Assembly: GCF_024502345.1 (NCBI RefSeq)
Contig: NZ_JALDNN010000001.1
Length of the DNA: 64,000 bases
Origin: Escherichia coli
GTDB taxonomy: Bacteria; Pseudomonadota; Gammaproteobacteria; Enterobacterales; Enterobacteriaceae
Direction: 5' to 3' (one strand)
Shown: in pieces, positions 7,789-18,993 of the stretch
How positions within the stretch are numbered: the first letter of the stretch is position 1
Layout of the letters: the number at the start of each line of letters is the position of its first letter
The notes under the pieces: model-generated
Database searches by the model: none
What the model saw: only the letters and a program-made list of their open reading frames with translations
What the model was told of the DNA's origin: nothing
Made by a program: the position numbers and the translations under genes

Positions 7789-8310
7789 ATGCCAACCGTT
7801 ATTACGCACGCCGCCGTTCCCCTATGCATTGGTTTAGGGTTGGGTTCGAAAGTCATCCCTCCGCGTCTGTTATTTGCCGGAATCATCCTGGCGATGCTGC
7901 CCGACGCCGACGTATTGTCGTTTAAATTTGGCGTTGCTTACGGCAATGTTTTTGGTCATCGCGGGTTTACCCATTCGCTGGTGTTTGCGTTTGTTGTCCC
8001 GCTGTTATGTGTGCTGATTGGACGCCGATGGTTCAGGGCTGGGCTGATTCGCTGCTGGCTGTTTTTAACCGTCTCGTTGCTATCGCACAGCATGCTGGAT
8101 TCGGTAACCACTGGCGGTAAGGGTGTTGGCTGGCTGTGGCCGTGGTCAGATGAACGCTTTTTCGCTCCCTGGCAGGTGATTAAAGTCGCGCCGTTTGCAT
8201 TGTCTCGTTACACCACAGCGTACGGGCATCAGGTGATTATTTCTGAATTGATGTGGGTGTGGTTGCCGGGGATGCTACTGATGGGAATGCTGTGGTGGCG
8301 CAGACGATAA
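7789..8310 (+). CDS. ybcI: Inner-membrane protein YbcI
   Basis: 173 aa from MPTVITHAAVPLCIGLGL...; hydrophobic. Confidence 0.85.
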   Translation: MPTVITHAAVPLCIGLGLGSKVIPPRLLFAGIILAMLPDADVLSFKFGVAYGNVFGHRGFTHSLVFAFVVPLLCVLIGRRWFRAGLIRCWLFLTVSLLSHSMLDSVTTGGKGVGWLWPWSDERFFAPWQVIKVAPFALSRYTTAYGHQVIISELMWVWLPGMLLMGMLWWRRR

Positions 8311-8334
8311 CCGGATGCGAAAACTCGCATCCGG
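8311..8334. terminator. Bidirectional hairpin between convergent ybcI and cysS
   Basis: CCGGATGCGA-aaac-TCGCATCCGG, a perfect 10-bp stem. Confidence 0.5.
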
Positions 8335-8345
8335 CAATAGCGCAA

Positions 8346-9731
8346 TTACTTACGACGCCAGGTGGTCCCTTGCGGGCCATCTTCCAGCACGATCCCCATC
8401 TCGTTAAGACGGTCACGTGCCGCATCTGCCGCCGCCCAGTCTTTCGCTTTACGGGCATCCAGACGCTGTTGAATTAACGCTTCAATCTCAGCCACTTCGC
8501 TGTCGTCTGCCTGCGCGCCGCTTTGCAGGAACGCTTCCGGTTCTTGCTCCAGCAGGCCCAATACAGCGGAAAGTTTACGCAGGTGAGATGCCATTGCATT
8601 CGCCGCTGCCATATCTTCTGCTTTCAGACGGTTCACTTCACGGGCCATATCAAACAGCACGGAATAGGCTTCCGGGGTGTTGAAATCGTCGTCCATCGCT
8701 TCAATAAAGCGCGCTTCAAACGCTTCGCCACCGGCAGGCGCAACGGTTTTATCTGTGCCGCGCAGCGCAGTGTAGAGGCGCTCCAGCGCCGCACGCGCCT
8801 GCTTCAGGTTCTCTTCGCTGTAGTTCAGTTGGCTGCGATAGTGGCCCGACATCAGGAAGTAACGCACGGTTTCCGCGTCGTAGTATTTCAGCACATCGCG
8901 CACGGTAAAGAAGTTACCCAGCGATTTGGACATCTTCTCGCGGTCAACCATCACCATTCCGGAGTGCATCCAGTAGTTAACATACTGACCATCATGGGCA
9001 CAGGTGGACTGCGCGATTTCGTTCTCGTGGTGCGGGAACATCAGGTCTGAACCGCCGCCGTGGATATCAAAGTGGTTACCCAGCTGCTTGCAGTTCATTG
9101 CCGAACATTCAATGTGCCAGCCAGGACGGCCCGCGCCCCACGGAGACGGCCAGCTCGGTTCGCCCTCTTTCGACATCTTCCACAGAACGAAGTCCATCGG
9201 GTTGCGTTTGTCGTCGACCACGTCAACGCGCGCGCCTGCCTGCAGCTGGTCGAGATCCTGACGCGACAGCACACCATAAGTCGGATCGGTCGGGACGTCG
9301 AACATCACGTCGCCGTTGTCAGCCACATAAGCGTGACCTTTGGCGATCAGTTGTTCAGTGAGTTCAATAATTTCTGCGATATGGTGCGTCGCGCGCGGCT
9401 CCATATCCGGGCGCAGAATGTTCAAAGCATCAAAATCTTTGTGCATTTCGGCGATCATGCGATCCACCAGCGCCACAAAGCTTTCGCCATTTTCATTGGC
9501 GCGTTTGATGATTTTGTCGTCGATATCGGTAATGTTGCGCACATACTTCAGTTTATAGCCGAGGAAACGCAGATAGCGCGCAACGACGTCAAAAGCAACA
9601 AAGGTACGCCCGTGACCGATATGACAGAGATCGTAAACGGTGATTCCACACACATACATGCCGACTTCCCCGGCGTGAATAGGCTTAAATTCCTCTTTTT
9701 GGCGTGTCAGAGTATTGAAGATTTTTAGCAT
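8346..9731 (-). CDS. cysS: Cysteinyl-tRNA synthetase
   Basis: 461 aa, [42 protein letters not shown]... (HIGH motif). Confidence 0.95.
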
Positions 9732-9904
9732 CGAAGATTCCGTTTAGACATGTGTGGGTAATTGAGTTGCGTATAATACCCATATTTCCCGCGCGAATCA
9801 GCATACATTGCGTGATGATCCGATCGTGCGGTTATGCTATAACACCACCCTATATATGACCCGAACTGGGTTGAAGCACCAATCAAACGGAACAGGATGC
9901 AAAA

Positions 9905-10399
9905 ATGGTTACTTTCCACACCAATCACGGCGATATTGTCATCAAAACTTTTGACGATAAAGCACCTGAAACAGTTAAAAACTTCCTGGACTACTGCCGC
10001 GAAGGTTTTTACAACAACACCATTTTCCACCGTGTTATCAACGGCTTTATGATTCAGGGCGGCGGTTTTGAACCGGGCATGAAACAAAAAGCCACCAAAG
10101 AACCGATCAAAAACGAAGCCAACAACGGTCTGAAAAATACCCGTGGTACGCTGGCAATGGCCCGTACTCAGGCTCCGCACTCTGCAACTGCACAGTTCTT
10201 CATCAACGTGGTTGATAACGACTTCCTGAACTTCTCTGGCGAAAGCCTGCAAGGTTGGGGCTACTGCGTGTTTGCTGAAGTGGTTGAAGGCATGGACGTG
10301 GTAGACAAAATCAAAGGTGTTGCAACCGGTCGTAGCGGTATGCACCAGGACGTGCCAAAAGAAGACGTTATCATTGAAAGCGTGACCGTTAGCGAGTAA
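9905..10399 (+). CDS. ppiB: Peptidyl-prolyl cis-trans isomerase B
   Basis: 164 aa, [27 protein letters not shown]... Confidence 0.95.
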   Translation: MVTFHTNHGDIVIKTFDDKAPETVKNFLDYCREGFYNNTIFHRVINGFMIQGGGFEPGMKQKATKEPIKNEANNGLKNTRGTLAMARTQAPHSATAQFFINVVDNDFLNFSGESLQGWGYCVFAEVVEGMDVVDKIKGVATGRSGMHQDVPKEDVIIESVTVSE

Positions 10400-10401
10400 T
10401 C

Positions 10402-11124
10402 GTGGCGACACTCTTTATTGCAGATCTTCATCTCTGCGTGGAAGAACCGGCGATCACCGCCGGTTTTCTGCGTTTTTTAGCGGGGGAAGCTCGCAAGGCC
10501 GACGCGCTGTATATTCTTGGCGATCTGTTTGAAGCGTGGATTGGCGACGACGATCCCAATCCACTCCATCGCCAGATGGCGGCAGCGATCAAAGCGGTGT
10601 CCGATTCCGGCGTTCCCTGTTATTTCATTCATGGCAACCGTGATTTTCTGCTCGGCAAACGCTTTGCCCGTGAAAGTGGCATGACGTTATTGCCGGAAGA
10701 AAAGGTGCTCGAACTTTATGGCCGCCGGGTGTTGATTATGCATGGCGACACGCTGTGCACCGATGACGCGGGTTATCAGGCTTTTCGCGCCAAAGTCCAC
10801 AAACCCTGGCTGCAAACGCTATTCCTCGCCCTGCCGTTGTTTGTGCGCAAACGCATTGCCGCGCGAATGCGAGCGAACAGTAAAGAAGCCAACAGCAGTA
10901 AATCGCTGGCGATCATGGACGTTAACCAAAACGCGGTAGTCAGTGCGATGGAAAAACATCAGGTGCAATGGCTGATCCACGGACATACCCATCTCCCGGC
11001 GGTACATGAACTTATCGCCAACCAGCAACCTGCTTTTCGCGTGGTACTCGGTGCCTGGCATACGGAAGGTTCGATGGTGAAAGTCACGGCGGATGACGTT
11101 GAGCTGATTCATTTTCCGTTTTAA
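10402..11124 (+). CDS. lpxH: UDP-2,3-diacylglucosamine hydrolase
   Basis: 240 aa, [26 protein letters not shown]...; GTG start. Confidence 0.9.
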   Translation: MATLFIADLHLCVEEPAITAGFLRFLAGEARKADALYILGDLFEAWIGDDDPNPLHRQMAAAIKAVSDSGVPCYFIHGNRDFLLGKRFARESGMTLLPEEKVLELYGRRVLIMHGDTLCTDDAGYQAFRAKVHKPWLQTLFLALPLFVRKRIAARMRANSKEANSSKSLAIMDVNQNAVVSAMEKHQVQWLIHGHTHLPAVHELIANQQPAFRVVLGAWHTEGSMVKVTADDVELIHFPF

Positions 11125-11155
11125 AAAACCCACAACTTTGCTGATTTCACAGCCA

Positions 11156-11171
11156 CGCAACCGTTTTCCTT
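11156..11171. promoter_or_regulatory. PurR box upstream of purEK
   Basis: ACGCAACCGTTTTCCT matches the PUR box consensus closely, about 70 bp upstream of the purE start. Confidence 0.6.
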
Positions 11172-11241
11172 GCTCTCTTTCCGTGCTATTCTCTGTGCCC
11201 TCTAAAGCCGAGAGTTGTGCACCACAGGAGTTTTAAGACGC

Positions 11242-11751
11242 ATGTCTTCCCGCAATAATCCGGCGCGTGTCGCCATCGTGATGGGGTCCAAAAGCGACTG
11301 GGCTACCATGCAGTTCGCCGCCGAAATCTTCGAAATCCTGAATGTCCCGCACCACGTTGAAGTGGTTTCTGCTCACCGCACCCCCGATAAACTGTTCAGC
11401 TTCGCCGAAAGCGCCGAAGAGAACGGTTATCAGGTGATTATTGCGGGCGCAGGTGGCGCAGCGCACCTGCCAGGCATGATTGCCGCCAAAACGCTGGTGC
11501 CGGTGCTGGGCGTGCCAGTACAGAGCGCCGCACTGAGCGGTGTCGATAGCCTCTACTCCATCGTACAAATGCCGCGCGGCATTCCGGTGGGTACGCTGGC
11601 GATTGGTAAAGCTGGCGCGGCAAACGCGGCATTACTGGCAGCACAAATTCTCGCGACTCACGATAAAGAGCTACACCAGCGTCTGAATGTCTGGCGCAAA
11701 GCCCAGACCGACGAAGTGCTGGAAAACCCGGACCCGCGAGGTGCGGCATGA
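11242..11751 (+). CDS. purE: N5-carboxyaminoimidazole ribonucleotide mutase
   Basis: 169 aa from [24 protein letters not shown]... Confidence 0.95.
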   Translation: MSSRNNPARVAIVMGSKSDWATMQFAAEIFEILNVPHHVEVVSAHRTPDKLFSFAESAEENGYQVIIAGAGGAAHLPGMIAAKTLVPVLGVPVQSAALSGVDSLYSIVQMPRGIPVGTLAIGKAGAANAALLAAQILATHDKELHQRLNVWRKAQTDEVLENPDPRGAA

Positions 11752-12815
11752 AACAGGTTTGCGTCCTCGGGAACGGGCAGTTAGGCCGTATGTTGCGCCA
11801 GGCCGGCGAACCGTTAGGCATTGCTGTCTGGCCGGTCGGGCTGGACGCTGAACCGGCGGCGGTGCCTTTTCAACAAAGCGTGATTACCGCTGAGATCGAA
11901 CGCTGGCCGGAAACCGCATTAACCCGCGAGCTGGCGCGCCATCCGGCCTTTGTGAACCGCGATGTGTTCCCGATTATTGCTGACCGTCTGACTCAGAAGC
12001 AGCTTTTCGATAAGCTCCACCTGCCGACTGCACCGTGGCAGTTACTTGCCGAACGCAGCGAGTGGCCTGCGGTGTTTGATCGTTTAGGTGAGCTGGCGAT
12101 TGTTAAGCGTCGCACTGGTGGCTATGACGGACGCGGTCAATGGCGTTTACGCGCCGATGAAACCGAACAGTTACCGGCTGAATGCTACGGCGAATGTATT
12201 GTCGAGCAGGGCATAAACTTCTCTGGTGAAGTGTCGCTGGTTGGTGCGCGCGGCTTTGATGGCAGCACCGTGTTTTATCCGCTGACGCATAACCTGCATC
12301 AGGACGGTATTTTGCGCACCAGCGTCGCTTTTCCGCAGGCCAACGCACAGCAGCAAGCGCAAGCCGAAGAGATGCTTTCGGCGATTATGCAGGAGCTGGG
12401 CTATGTAGGCGTGATGGCAATGGAGTGTTTTGTCACCCCGCAAGGTCTGTTGATCAACGAACTGGCACCGCGTGTGCATAACAGCGGTCACTGGACACAA
12501 AACGGTGCCAGCATCAGCCAGTTTGAGCTACATCTGCGGGCGATTACCGATCTGCCGTTACCGCAACCAGTGGTGAATAATCCGTCGGTGATGATCAATC
12601 TGATTGGTAGCGATGTGAATTATGACTGGCTGAAACTGCCGCTGGTGCATCTGCACTGGTACGACAAAGAAGTCCGTCCGGGCCGTAAAGTGGGGCATCT
12701 GAATTTGACCGACAGCGACACATCGCGTCTGTCCGCGACGCTGGAAGCCTTAATCCCGCTGCTGCCGCCGGAGTATGCCAGCGGCGTGATGTGGGCACAG
12801 AGTAAGTTCAGTTAA
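11748..12815 (+). CDS. purK: N5-carboxyaminoimidazole ribonucleotide synthase
   Basis: 355 aa, ATP-grasp; start overlaps the purE stop. Confidence 0.95.
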   Translation: MKQVCVLGNGQLGRMLRQAGEPLGIAVWPVGLDAEPAAVPFQQSVITAEIERWPETALTRELARHPAFVNRDVFPIIADRLTQKQLFDKLHLPTAPWQLLAERSEWPAVFDRLGELAIVKRRTGGYDGRGQWRLRADETEQLPAECYGECIVEQGINFSGEVSLVGARGFDGSTVFYPLTHNLHQDGILRTSVAFPQANAQQQAQAEEMLSAIMQELGYVGVMAMECFVTPQGLLINELAPRVHNSGHWTQNGASISQFELHLRAITDLPLPQPVVNNPSVMINLIGSDVNYDWLKLPLVHLHWYDKEVRPGRKVGHLNLTDSDTSRLSATLEALIPLLPPEYASGVMWAQSKFS

Positions 12816-12824
12816 CCTGGTGCT

Positions 12825-12950
12825 CATTTGATTGCCGGATGCGGCGTGAACGCCTTATCCGGCCTACACCGATCCGGTACCCATTGTAGGCCTGATAAGA
12901 CGCGTCAAGCGTCGCATCAGGCATGGTGCGCCGATTGCCGGATGCTCTCA
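12825..12950. repeat. REP (repetitive extragenic palindromic) cluster
   Basis: GCCGGATGCGGCGTGAACGCCTTATCCGGCCTAC and GCCTGATAAGACGCGTCAAGCGTCGCATCAGGC palindromic units between convergent purK and ybcF. Confidence 0.7.
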
Positions 12951-12953
12951 TCA

Positions 12954-13847
12954 CTACAGCGAAATACAGGTCCCCGCTTCGCCCGCCAGCGTCTCTTCAA
13001 TTCGCGATAACGCCCCAATCCACGCGGGTTTACCACGGCTTCTGACATAACCACTCACCGCCGTTACCTTCGGCCCCATCGAACCATCGGCTTTGGCAAA
13101 TGGCGCTAACTCATCCGGTGTGGTATGGCGAATGGCACGTTGCTGCGGCGTTCCCCAGTTTTCATATACCGCATCAGCATCGGTGAGGATCACCAGTCCA
13201 TCGGCATTAATCTGCTCGGCGAGCAACGCAGCGGCGAGATCTTTATCAATCACTGCTTCACTCCCTGCTCCGTCATCCGTCACAGGCACACCGCCGCCGC
13301 CACTGCAAATTACCACATGCCCCTCTTTGAGCAACAACTCGATGGCTTCGCTGTCGAGAATTTTACGCGGTTGCGGAGACGCCACCACCCGGCGTAAATA
13401 TTTACCATCACGTTTCATCTGCCAGCCGTAAGCCGCTTCCAGTGTCTCTTGTTCTTCTGGCTGATAAACCGGACCGATAAACTTCTCTGGCTGCAAAAAC
13501 GCCGGATCATCAGGCGAAACTTCAATGCGCGTCAGCACCGTCGTGACAGGCGGCATCTGCGGCTGTGCGCTCAAACTCTGCGCCAGCATATAGCCAATCA
13601 TCCCCTGACTTTCCGCTACCAGCACATCCAGCGGATACGGTTCTACCTCTTTCCACGCCAGATTCTGTAATGCCAGCAGCCCCACCTGCGGCCCGTTGCC
13701 GTGAACAATCGCCAGCCGATAAGAACGGGCCAGGCGCGCCAGCGCGGGCACAGCACTGGCAATATTGCGATATTGATTTTCTGCCGTCAGCGCCTCACCG
13801 CGCTGGAGTAAGGCGTTGCCCCCAAGAGCCACAACCAGTGTTTTCAT
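12954..13847 (-). CDS. ybcF: Carbamate kinase-like protein
   Basis: 297 aa, [18 protein letters not shown]... carbamate kinase fold; also named allK as I recall. Confidence 0.85.
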   Translation of the reverse strand: MKTLVVALGGNALLQRGEALTAENQYRNIASAVPALARLARSYRLAIVHGNGPQVGLLALQNLAWKEVEPYPLDVLVAESQGMIGYMLAQSLSAQPQMPPVTTVLTRIEVSPDDPAFLQPEKFIGPVYQPEEQETLEAAYGWQMKRDGKYLRRVVASPQPRKILDSEAIELLLKEGHVVICSGGGGVPVTDDGAGSEAVIDKDLAAALLAEQINADGLVILTDADAVYENWGTPQQRAIRHTTPDELAPFAKADGSMGPKVTAVSGYVRSRGKPAWIGALSRIEETLAGEAGTCISL

Positions 13848-14659
13848 GGTTTTCCTTGTAATAATTGTTGGCCAAGCCAGAACCCCAGCAGCGTATCTGC
13901 CCCTGACGTATGCCCCAGCGCCAGCAGCGAATCAATCGCAACAGCGGTACGTTTCGGGCAACTCAGAGCATGAACAAAGTGCAGGAGTGGCGAGGCGAAA
14001 TATCCTTGCGCGGCATAACGTAAATAACTGACGCTCACCGCTGTGGTAACGAGTTGCAGATTGTCGGAACAGGCAAAAAACGGGCGACCGGCGCGCGCAT
14101 CTAAAGCGCCATAATACCAGGCCGCCAGCAGCATTCCGCTCAACGTGTCATCATGACTTGGCGTTAATCCGGGGCCTTTACCCAGCCAGTGCCGCCAGTC
14201 GGTCTTAACGCCATTGAGCGCGGCCTGAAAACAGTGACGAAACTGGCGTAATTCAGCGGGCAGCGGATCGCTTGCCGCCATCGCCAGTGGCCCGAAAAGT
14301 CCGGTTTCCTCCGCGCGTTGCATCCATGCAGCTGCAAGCGGTTGAGGATGCGAAGGCGGCGTAATACGCAGCAAACAATAACGCTGTGGCTGTTTAACCG
14401 TAAAACGCCCGAGGCGAATCCCTTGAGCCACAACCTGTGGTCGTTCATTGCCGCATAATCCACCGCATAACGCATCGAATTGCGCGCGGCGAAGCACCCA
14501 TCCTCCGGGGCCGAAACCACTACCCTGACGATGCAGCGTTAACAGTTCGCCGCTTTCCGTCATCAGGTTAATCGCCCGCCGCCACACTCCCGCTAACCGC
14601 CAGGACTGGCGATAATTCGGTGCGCTACTGCTGGCAAGCAGAGGATGGATGATCGTCAT
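13844..14659 (-). CDS. ylbF: DUF2877 protein YlbF
   Basis: 271 aa from [18 protein letters not shown]...; the longer 302-aa ORF (start 14752) would overlap ylbE. Confidence 0.75.
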   Translation of the reverse strand: MTIIHPLLASSSAPNYRQSWRLAGVWRRAINLMTESGELLTLHRQGSGFGPGGWVLRRAQFDALCGGLCGNERPQVVAQGIRLGRFTVKQPQRYCLLRITPPSHPQPLAAAWMQRAEETGLFGPLAMAASDPLPAELRQFRHCFQAALNGVKTDWRHWLGKGPGLTPSHDDTLSGMLLAAWYYGALDARAGRPFFACSDNLQLVTTAVSVSYLRYAAQGYFASPLLHFVHALSCPKRTAVAIDSLLALGHTSGADTLLGFWLGQQLLQGKP

Positions 14660-14669
14660 TGCGCGTTCC

Positions 14670-15929
14670 TCAACCAATCCCCATGCTTTCAGCCAGTGCT
14701 TCCAGCGCCTGTTCAAAACACGCCAGCGGTGCCCGCACAGTGCCTGCGCCAATCTGCCCGATCCCCGCCTCTTTATGGGCGATACCGGTATTGATGAGTG
14801 GCGTAATGCCGGTTTCTACCACGCGACGAATATCCAGCCCCAGGCACGCGCCCTGAAAATCCCAGCCTGGGATCTGCAACTGCATATTGCGTTCAAGGTA
14901 AATTTCCGCCATCTCTTCAGATACCGCCCTGGCCGCTTCCATGCCACCCGCACCGACAAAGCGCGTTACGCCAGGCGCTGCGATCATTGCCGCACCTCCG
15001 ATACCAAAGGTTTCGGTAATCGCGCTATCGCCCATATCCGGGTTCGCCTGCTCCTGCGAGAAGCCGGTGAAAAACAGACCTTGCGGAGTGTTTACAGGCG
15101 CAGTAAACCAGCGTTCACCCAGCCCGCTTCCCCGAATCCCGAACATATTGCCGTTGCGGGTCATAGCCGTAACGATGCTGCCTGCGCGGATCATCGCGCC
15201 AGCATCCATCGCCGCCTTGCAGTAAGCCATCGCAAGGTTGAGGAAGAACTGATCGGTCACGCTGAGGAAATCCATCACTTCCGCGATGTGCTGTTTATCA
15301 TGATCGAGGCGAGCAATTTGTGGGGCCAGCGCACGCATTAACAGTGCTGAGGAAGCAATATTGCGTTGATGGAACTCATCGCCCATGGTAATGCCCTGCG
15401 CCATCATCGCCGTGAGATCGATACCGTGCTCCATGCGCCCCAGCGCCGCGCTTAATACTGGCATTAACACATCGCGCATCCAGCGATGGCGAGTCAGGAC
15501 ATCTTCGTCGTAAGCGCCAAAACGCATCACTTTGCCGATACCTTCGTTGAGGTTGCAGTACGCCCGGTTGCCGTCGGTCACGTTCTCGACCACCAGCATC
15601 GGCATACTGGCAGAAGTAATACCGCCCATTGGCCCGACGGCATTCACATGGTGACAAGGAATGAAGTTCACTTCCCCCTGCTCCAGCATCGCCAGTGCCT
15701 GCGCTTCATCTTTCGCCCAGCCTTCGAACAGACATGCGCCCACGCACGCCCCTTTCATGGGTCCGGTCATCTCCTGCCAGCGCATTGGCGGCCCGGCGTG
15801 AAGCAGTGTTTTGCCCTCGTTTAGTTCGCTGATAAGTGAAGACGCCGGTTGCACATCCAGCCAGTGTGGACGAGCACGACGAATTTGTTCGATAACCGCA
15901 GCATTGGCTTGCGCCACTGATGTAAACAT
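14670..15929 (-). CDS. ylbE: DUF1116 protein YlbE, intact
   Basis: Uninterrupted 419-aa [26 protein letters not shown]... Confidence 0.8.
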   Translation of the reverse strand: MFTSVAQANAAVIEQIRRARPHWLDVQPASSLISELNEGKTLLHAGPPMRWQEMTGPMKGACVGACLFEGWAKDEAQALAMLEQGEVNFIPCHHVNAVGPMGGITSASMPMLVVENVTDGNRAYCNLNEGIGKVMRFGAYDEDVLTRHRWMRDVLMPVLSAALGRMEHGIDLTAMMAQGITMGDEFHQRNIASSALLMRALAPQIARLDHDKQHIAEVMDFLSVTDQFFLNLAMAYCKAAMDAGAMIRAGSIVTAMTRNGNMFGIRGSGLGERWFTAPVNTPQGLFFTGFSQEQANPDMGDSAITETFGIGGAAMIAAPGVTRFVGAGGMEAARAVSEEMAEIYLERNMQLQIPGWDFQGACLGLDIRRVVETGITPLINTGIAHKEAGIGQIGAGTVRAPLACFEQALEALAESMGIG

Positions 15930-15938
15930 GGGAACCCC

Positions 15939-17606
15939 TTATTGCAAACGTTCTAATAAACGAGCCAGTTTTTTATTGCCGCCGGCGACTGGCGACCATT
16001 GGTAATGCACAACCGGTTTGCTGGCGCTTTGTAGCTCCAGCGCAAAGCTGCGTAATCCGATGTTAATCACGGCGACGTTTTCCAGTAATGACGGTGTGTG
16101 TTGCTGTGCGGCAGGCGAGAGCGGATGAATTAACGCTGCCGCCAGCAAGGTGGCTTCCAGTAGCGAACTCACGACCGCAATCCCCGCATCTTCCAGCGTG
16201 GCGATTTGCTGCGAGCGGCATTGCGGGTCACGTTCAGTGCCTGTCACCGTGGCAATGGCATACAGTGGTTGATTGTCTGAACGCGCAGCACAGGCTTTTT
16301 GCCAGGCGCTTACCAGCGAGGCGGCAGGATCGGCGGTCGCACCGAAGCCAATCACGACATCAAGCAGCAGCACACGCACTTGCGGTTTAGCGCCGAGATC
16401 GGTAATTAACTGGTTGCGTAAGGTTGGGTCGATCATCGGATGGGGACGCCCGACGGTGTAGAAATCATCGCCGAGGTCAATAATCTGGTGGCCATCGGCG
16501 TCGAGCATCATGCCGTGATGATGGGCATCATCGGCTTCCACGCCAAGGTGTCCGGCAAGTAATCCCGCCGCTTCGGCAGCCAGCGTACCGCCGGTATACA
16601 AACCGCAAATAAATCCGCTGCTGGCAGGCGTTATCGCGTTACGTCGCGCCGTAACGCGTGAAAGCAGGCAAGCCAGGCGTGCGGCCTCATCCAGCGAGGA
16701 GGCAAACCAGACATTCTCGTCGCGGGCCACCGCCGGGGTATAACCTAAAAACAGCGCCACCGTCGGTTTGCCGGTTGCTTTCATGGCATTAACAATTTTC
16801 AGACGCACAGCTTCGGCAGGCGGTTTTGAAACAAATGCCAGCACTTCGCTTTTCTCGTCTGCACTGAGCATTTCCAGCGCCGTCAGCGCACTGATGCCGC
16901 CCACTTCACGGCTGAGGTCGCGCCCGCCAAGGCCAATCGCGTGAGTAATTCCCTCCCCTGCCAGCGCAATCTGTGAGCACAGCTCCTGAATCCCGGTACC
17001 GGAAGCGCCAATGACGCCAATGTTGCCTTCCGGCATCACGTTAGCAAAAGCCAGCGGCGTGGCGGCAATCATCGATGTACCGCAGTCCGGCCCCATCACC
17101 AGCAAGCCTTTTTCCCGCGCGCGGGTTTTGAGTTGGATTTCATCTTCCAGCGTGACGTTATCGGAGAACATCATCACGTTGAGGTTGCGATCCAGCGCCT
17201 GATTCGCCAGCTCCGCCGCATACTCGCCAGCCACTGAAATCAGCGCCAGATTGGCATCGGATAATTTCTGACAGGCACTGTCCCAGCGACGCACCTGCGT
17301 CAACGCCTGGCTGCTGCCTGACCCCTGCGCCAGTTGTTTTAGCGCCTCTTCAAGCTGCTGCATAATCGCCAGCGCGATCCCCGCATCCGCCGCTTCGCTA
17401 CGAATTGCCACGCAAATATCGTTCGGCGTGGCGTTATTAAAATCGTCATGCCAGAAACCTGTGGTATCTAATAACGCTTTATTGGCGGGCGTACCCATCA
17501 TTACGGAAACATCATCAACATTTTCTGATTCGCTGAGTTTTCGTGAAATAATCATTAAACTGACCGAATCCTGAAAACACCCTTTTTTAATAAAGGCGTG
17601 GATCAT
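15939..17606 (-). CDS. fdrA: FdrA (succinyl-CoA synthetase-like CoA-binding protein)
   Basis: 555 aa, MIHAFIKKGCFQDSVSLMIISRKL... Confidence 0.85.
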   Translation of the reverse strand: MIHAFIKKGCFQDSVSLMIISRKLSESENVDDVSVMMGTPANKALLDTTGFWHDDFNNATPNDICVAIRSEAADAGIALAIMQQLEEALKQLAQGSGSSQALTQVRRWDSACQKLSDANLALISVAGEYAAELANQALDRNLNVMMFSDNVTLEDEIQLKTRAREKGLLVMGPDCGTSMIAATPLAFANVMPEGNIGVIGASGTGIQELCSQIALAGEGITHAIGLGGRDLSREVGGISALTALEMLSADEKSEVLAFVSKPPAEAVRLKIVNAMKATGKPTVALFLGYTPAVARDENVWFASSLDEAARLACLLSRVTARRNAITPASSGFICGLYTGGTLAAEAAGLLAGHLGVEADDAHHHGMMLDADGHQIIDLGDDFYTVGRPHPMIDPTLRNQLITDLGAKPQVRVLLLDVVIGFGATADPAASLVSAWQKACAARSDNQPLYAIATVTGTERDPQCRSQQIATLEDAGIAVVSSLLEATLLAAALIHPLSPAAQQHTPSLLENVAVINIGLRSFALELQSASKPVVHYQWSPVAGGNKKLARLLERLQ

Positions 17607-17922
17607 AACAACTCCTTAAAAATTGCACCCATGGCAATTGCACGAGCAGTGTTAATGTGGCGATTACGGTATCGATGACAACGGGTAAATAAGGTGATGA
17701 ATATCACACAGGGATTATTAACAAAAGAATTCAAATAACCGCCATGCTATTACGTGTTATTTTTTAATAAGCGTGGTTGTTTTAAAAACCAGGTTAAAAG
17801 CGAGCGGATTATCAAATAAATTCTAACTATATTTTTTTGCCTGTCTGGATCACATAATCCAGATATTTTCCCTGTATGTTAATTGCAGTCATGCTTCACA
17901 CCGTCGTTAAAAAGGAAGACAG

Positions 17923-18972
17923 ATGAAAATCAGTCGGGAAACACTCCACCAGCTAATTGAGAATAAACTCTGCCAGGCTGGGTTAAAACGTGAGCACGCT
18001 GCAACCGTGGCTGAAGTATTGGTTTACGCCGATGCCAGAGGGATCCACTCTCATGGCGCGGTGCGCGTGGAATACTACGCGGAACGCATTTCAAAAGGCG
18101 GCACCAACCGCGAACCGGAGTTTCGTCTTGAGGAAACCGGGCCGTGCTCGGCAATTTTACATGCCGACAATGCCGCCGGACAGGTCGCGGCGAAAATGGG
18201 TATGGAACATGCCATCAAAACCGCCCAGCAAAATGGCGTTGCGGTGGTCGGTATCAGCCGGATGGGTCACAGCGGCGCAATCTCTTATTTTGTGCAGCAG
18301 GCAGCCCGCGCCGGATTAATTGGCATTTCGATGTGCCAGTCCGATCCAATGGTGGTGCCGTTTGGCGGCGCGGAAATTTACTACGGTACTAACCCCCTGG
18401 CCTTTGCCGCGCCGGGAGAAGGCGACGAGATCCTTACCTTTGATATGGCGACTACCGTACAGGCATGGGGAAAAGTGCTCGACGCCCGCTCGCGTAATAT
18501 GTCTATCCCGGATACCTGGGCGGTCGATAAAAACGGTGCACCAACAACCGATCCGTTCGCGGTACATGCTCTGCTCCCCGCCGCCGGGCCAAAAGGGTAT
18601 GGCCTGATGATGATGATTGACGTCCTCTCAGGCGTCTTACTCGGCTTACCGTTCGGGCGACAGGTTAGTTCGATGTATGACGATTTACACGCAGGGCGTA
18701 ATTTAGGGCAATTACATATAGTTATTAATCCGAACTTTTTCTCCTCCAGCGAATTATTCCGTCAACATCTTAGACAGACCATGCGCGAATTAAATGCCAT
18801 TACCCCCGCGCCCGGTTTTAATCAGGTTTATTATCCCGGACAGGATCAGGATATTAAACAACGTAAAGCCGCCGTCGAAGGCATCGAAATTGTTGATGAT
18901 ATTTACCAGTATTTAATTTCCGACGCGCTTTATAACACGTCATACGAAACGAAAAATCCCTTTGCGCAATAA
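17923..18972 (+). CDS. allD: Ureidoglycolate dehydrogenase
   Basis: 349 aa, MKISRETLHQLIENKLCQAGLKRE... Confidence 0.9.
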   Translation: MKISRETLHQLIENKLCQAGLKREHAATVAEVLVYADARGIHSHGAVRVEYYAERISKGGTNREPEFRLEETGPCSAILHADNAAGQVAAKMGMEHAIKTAQQNGVAVVGISRMGHSGAISYFVQQAARAGLIGISMCQSDPMVVPFGGAEIYYGTNPLAFAAPGEGDEILTFDMATTVQAWGKVLDARSRNMSIPDTWAVDKNGAPTTDPFAVHALLPAAGPKGYGLMMMIDVLSGVLLGLPFGRQVSSMYDDLHAGRNLGQLHIVINPNFFSSSELFRQHLRQTMRELNAITPAPGFNQVYYPGQDQDIKQRKAAVEGIEIVDDIYQYLISDALYNTSYETKNPFAQ

Positions 18973-18993
18973 TTATTGAGACAGGACTTTCTT

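Noticed and set aside
8523-9728. Long antisense ORFs (175 and 222 aa) inside cysS.
   Set aside because: Fully contained in the opposite strand of a conserved housekeeping gene; composition-driven artefacts.
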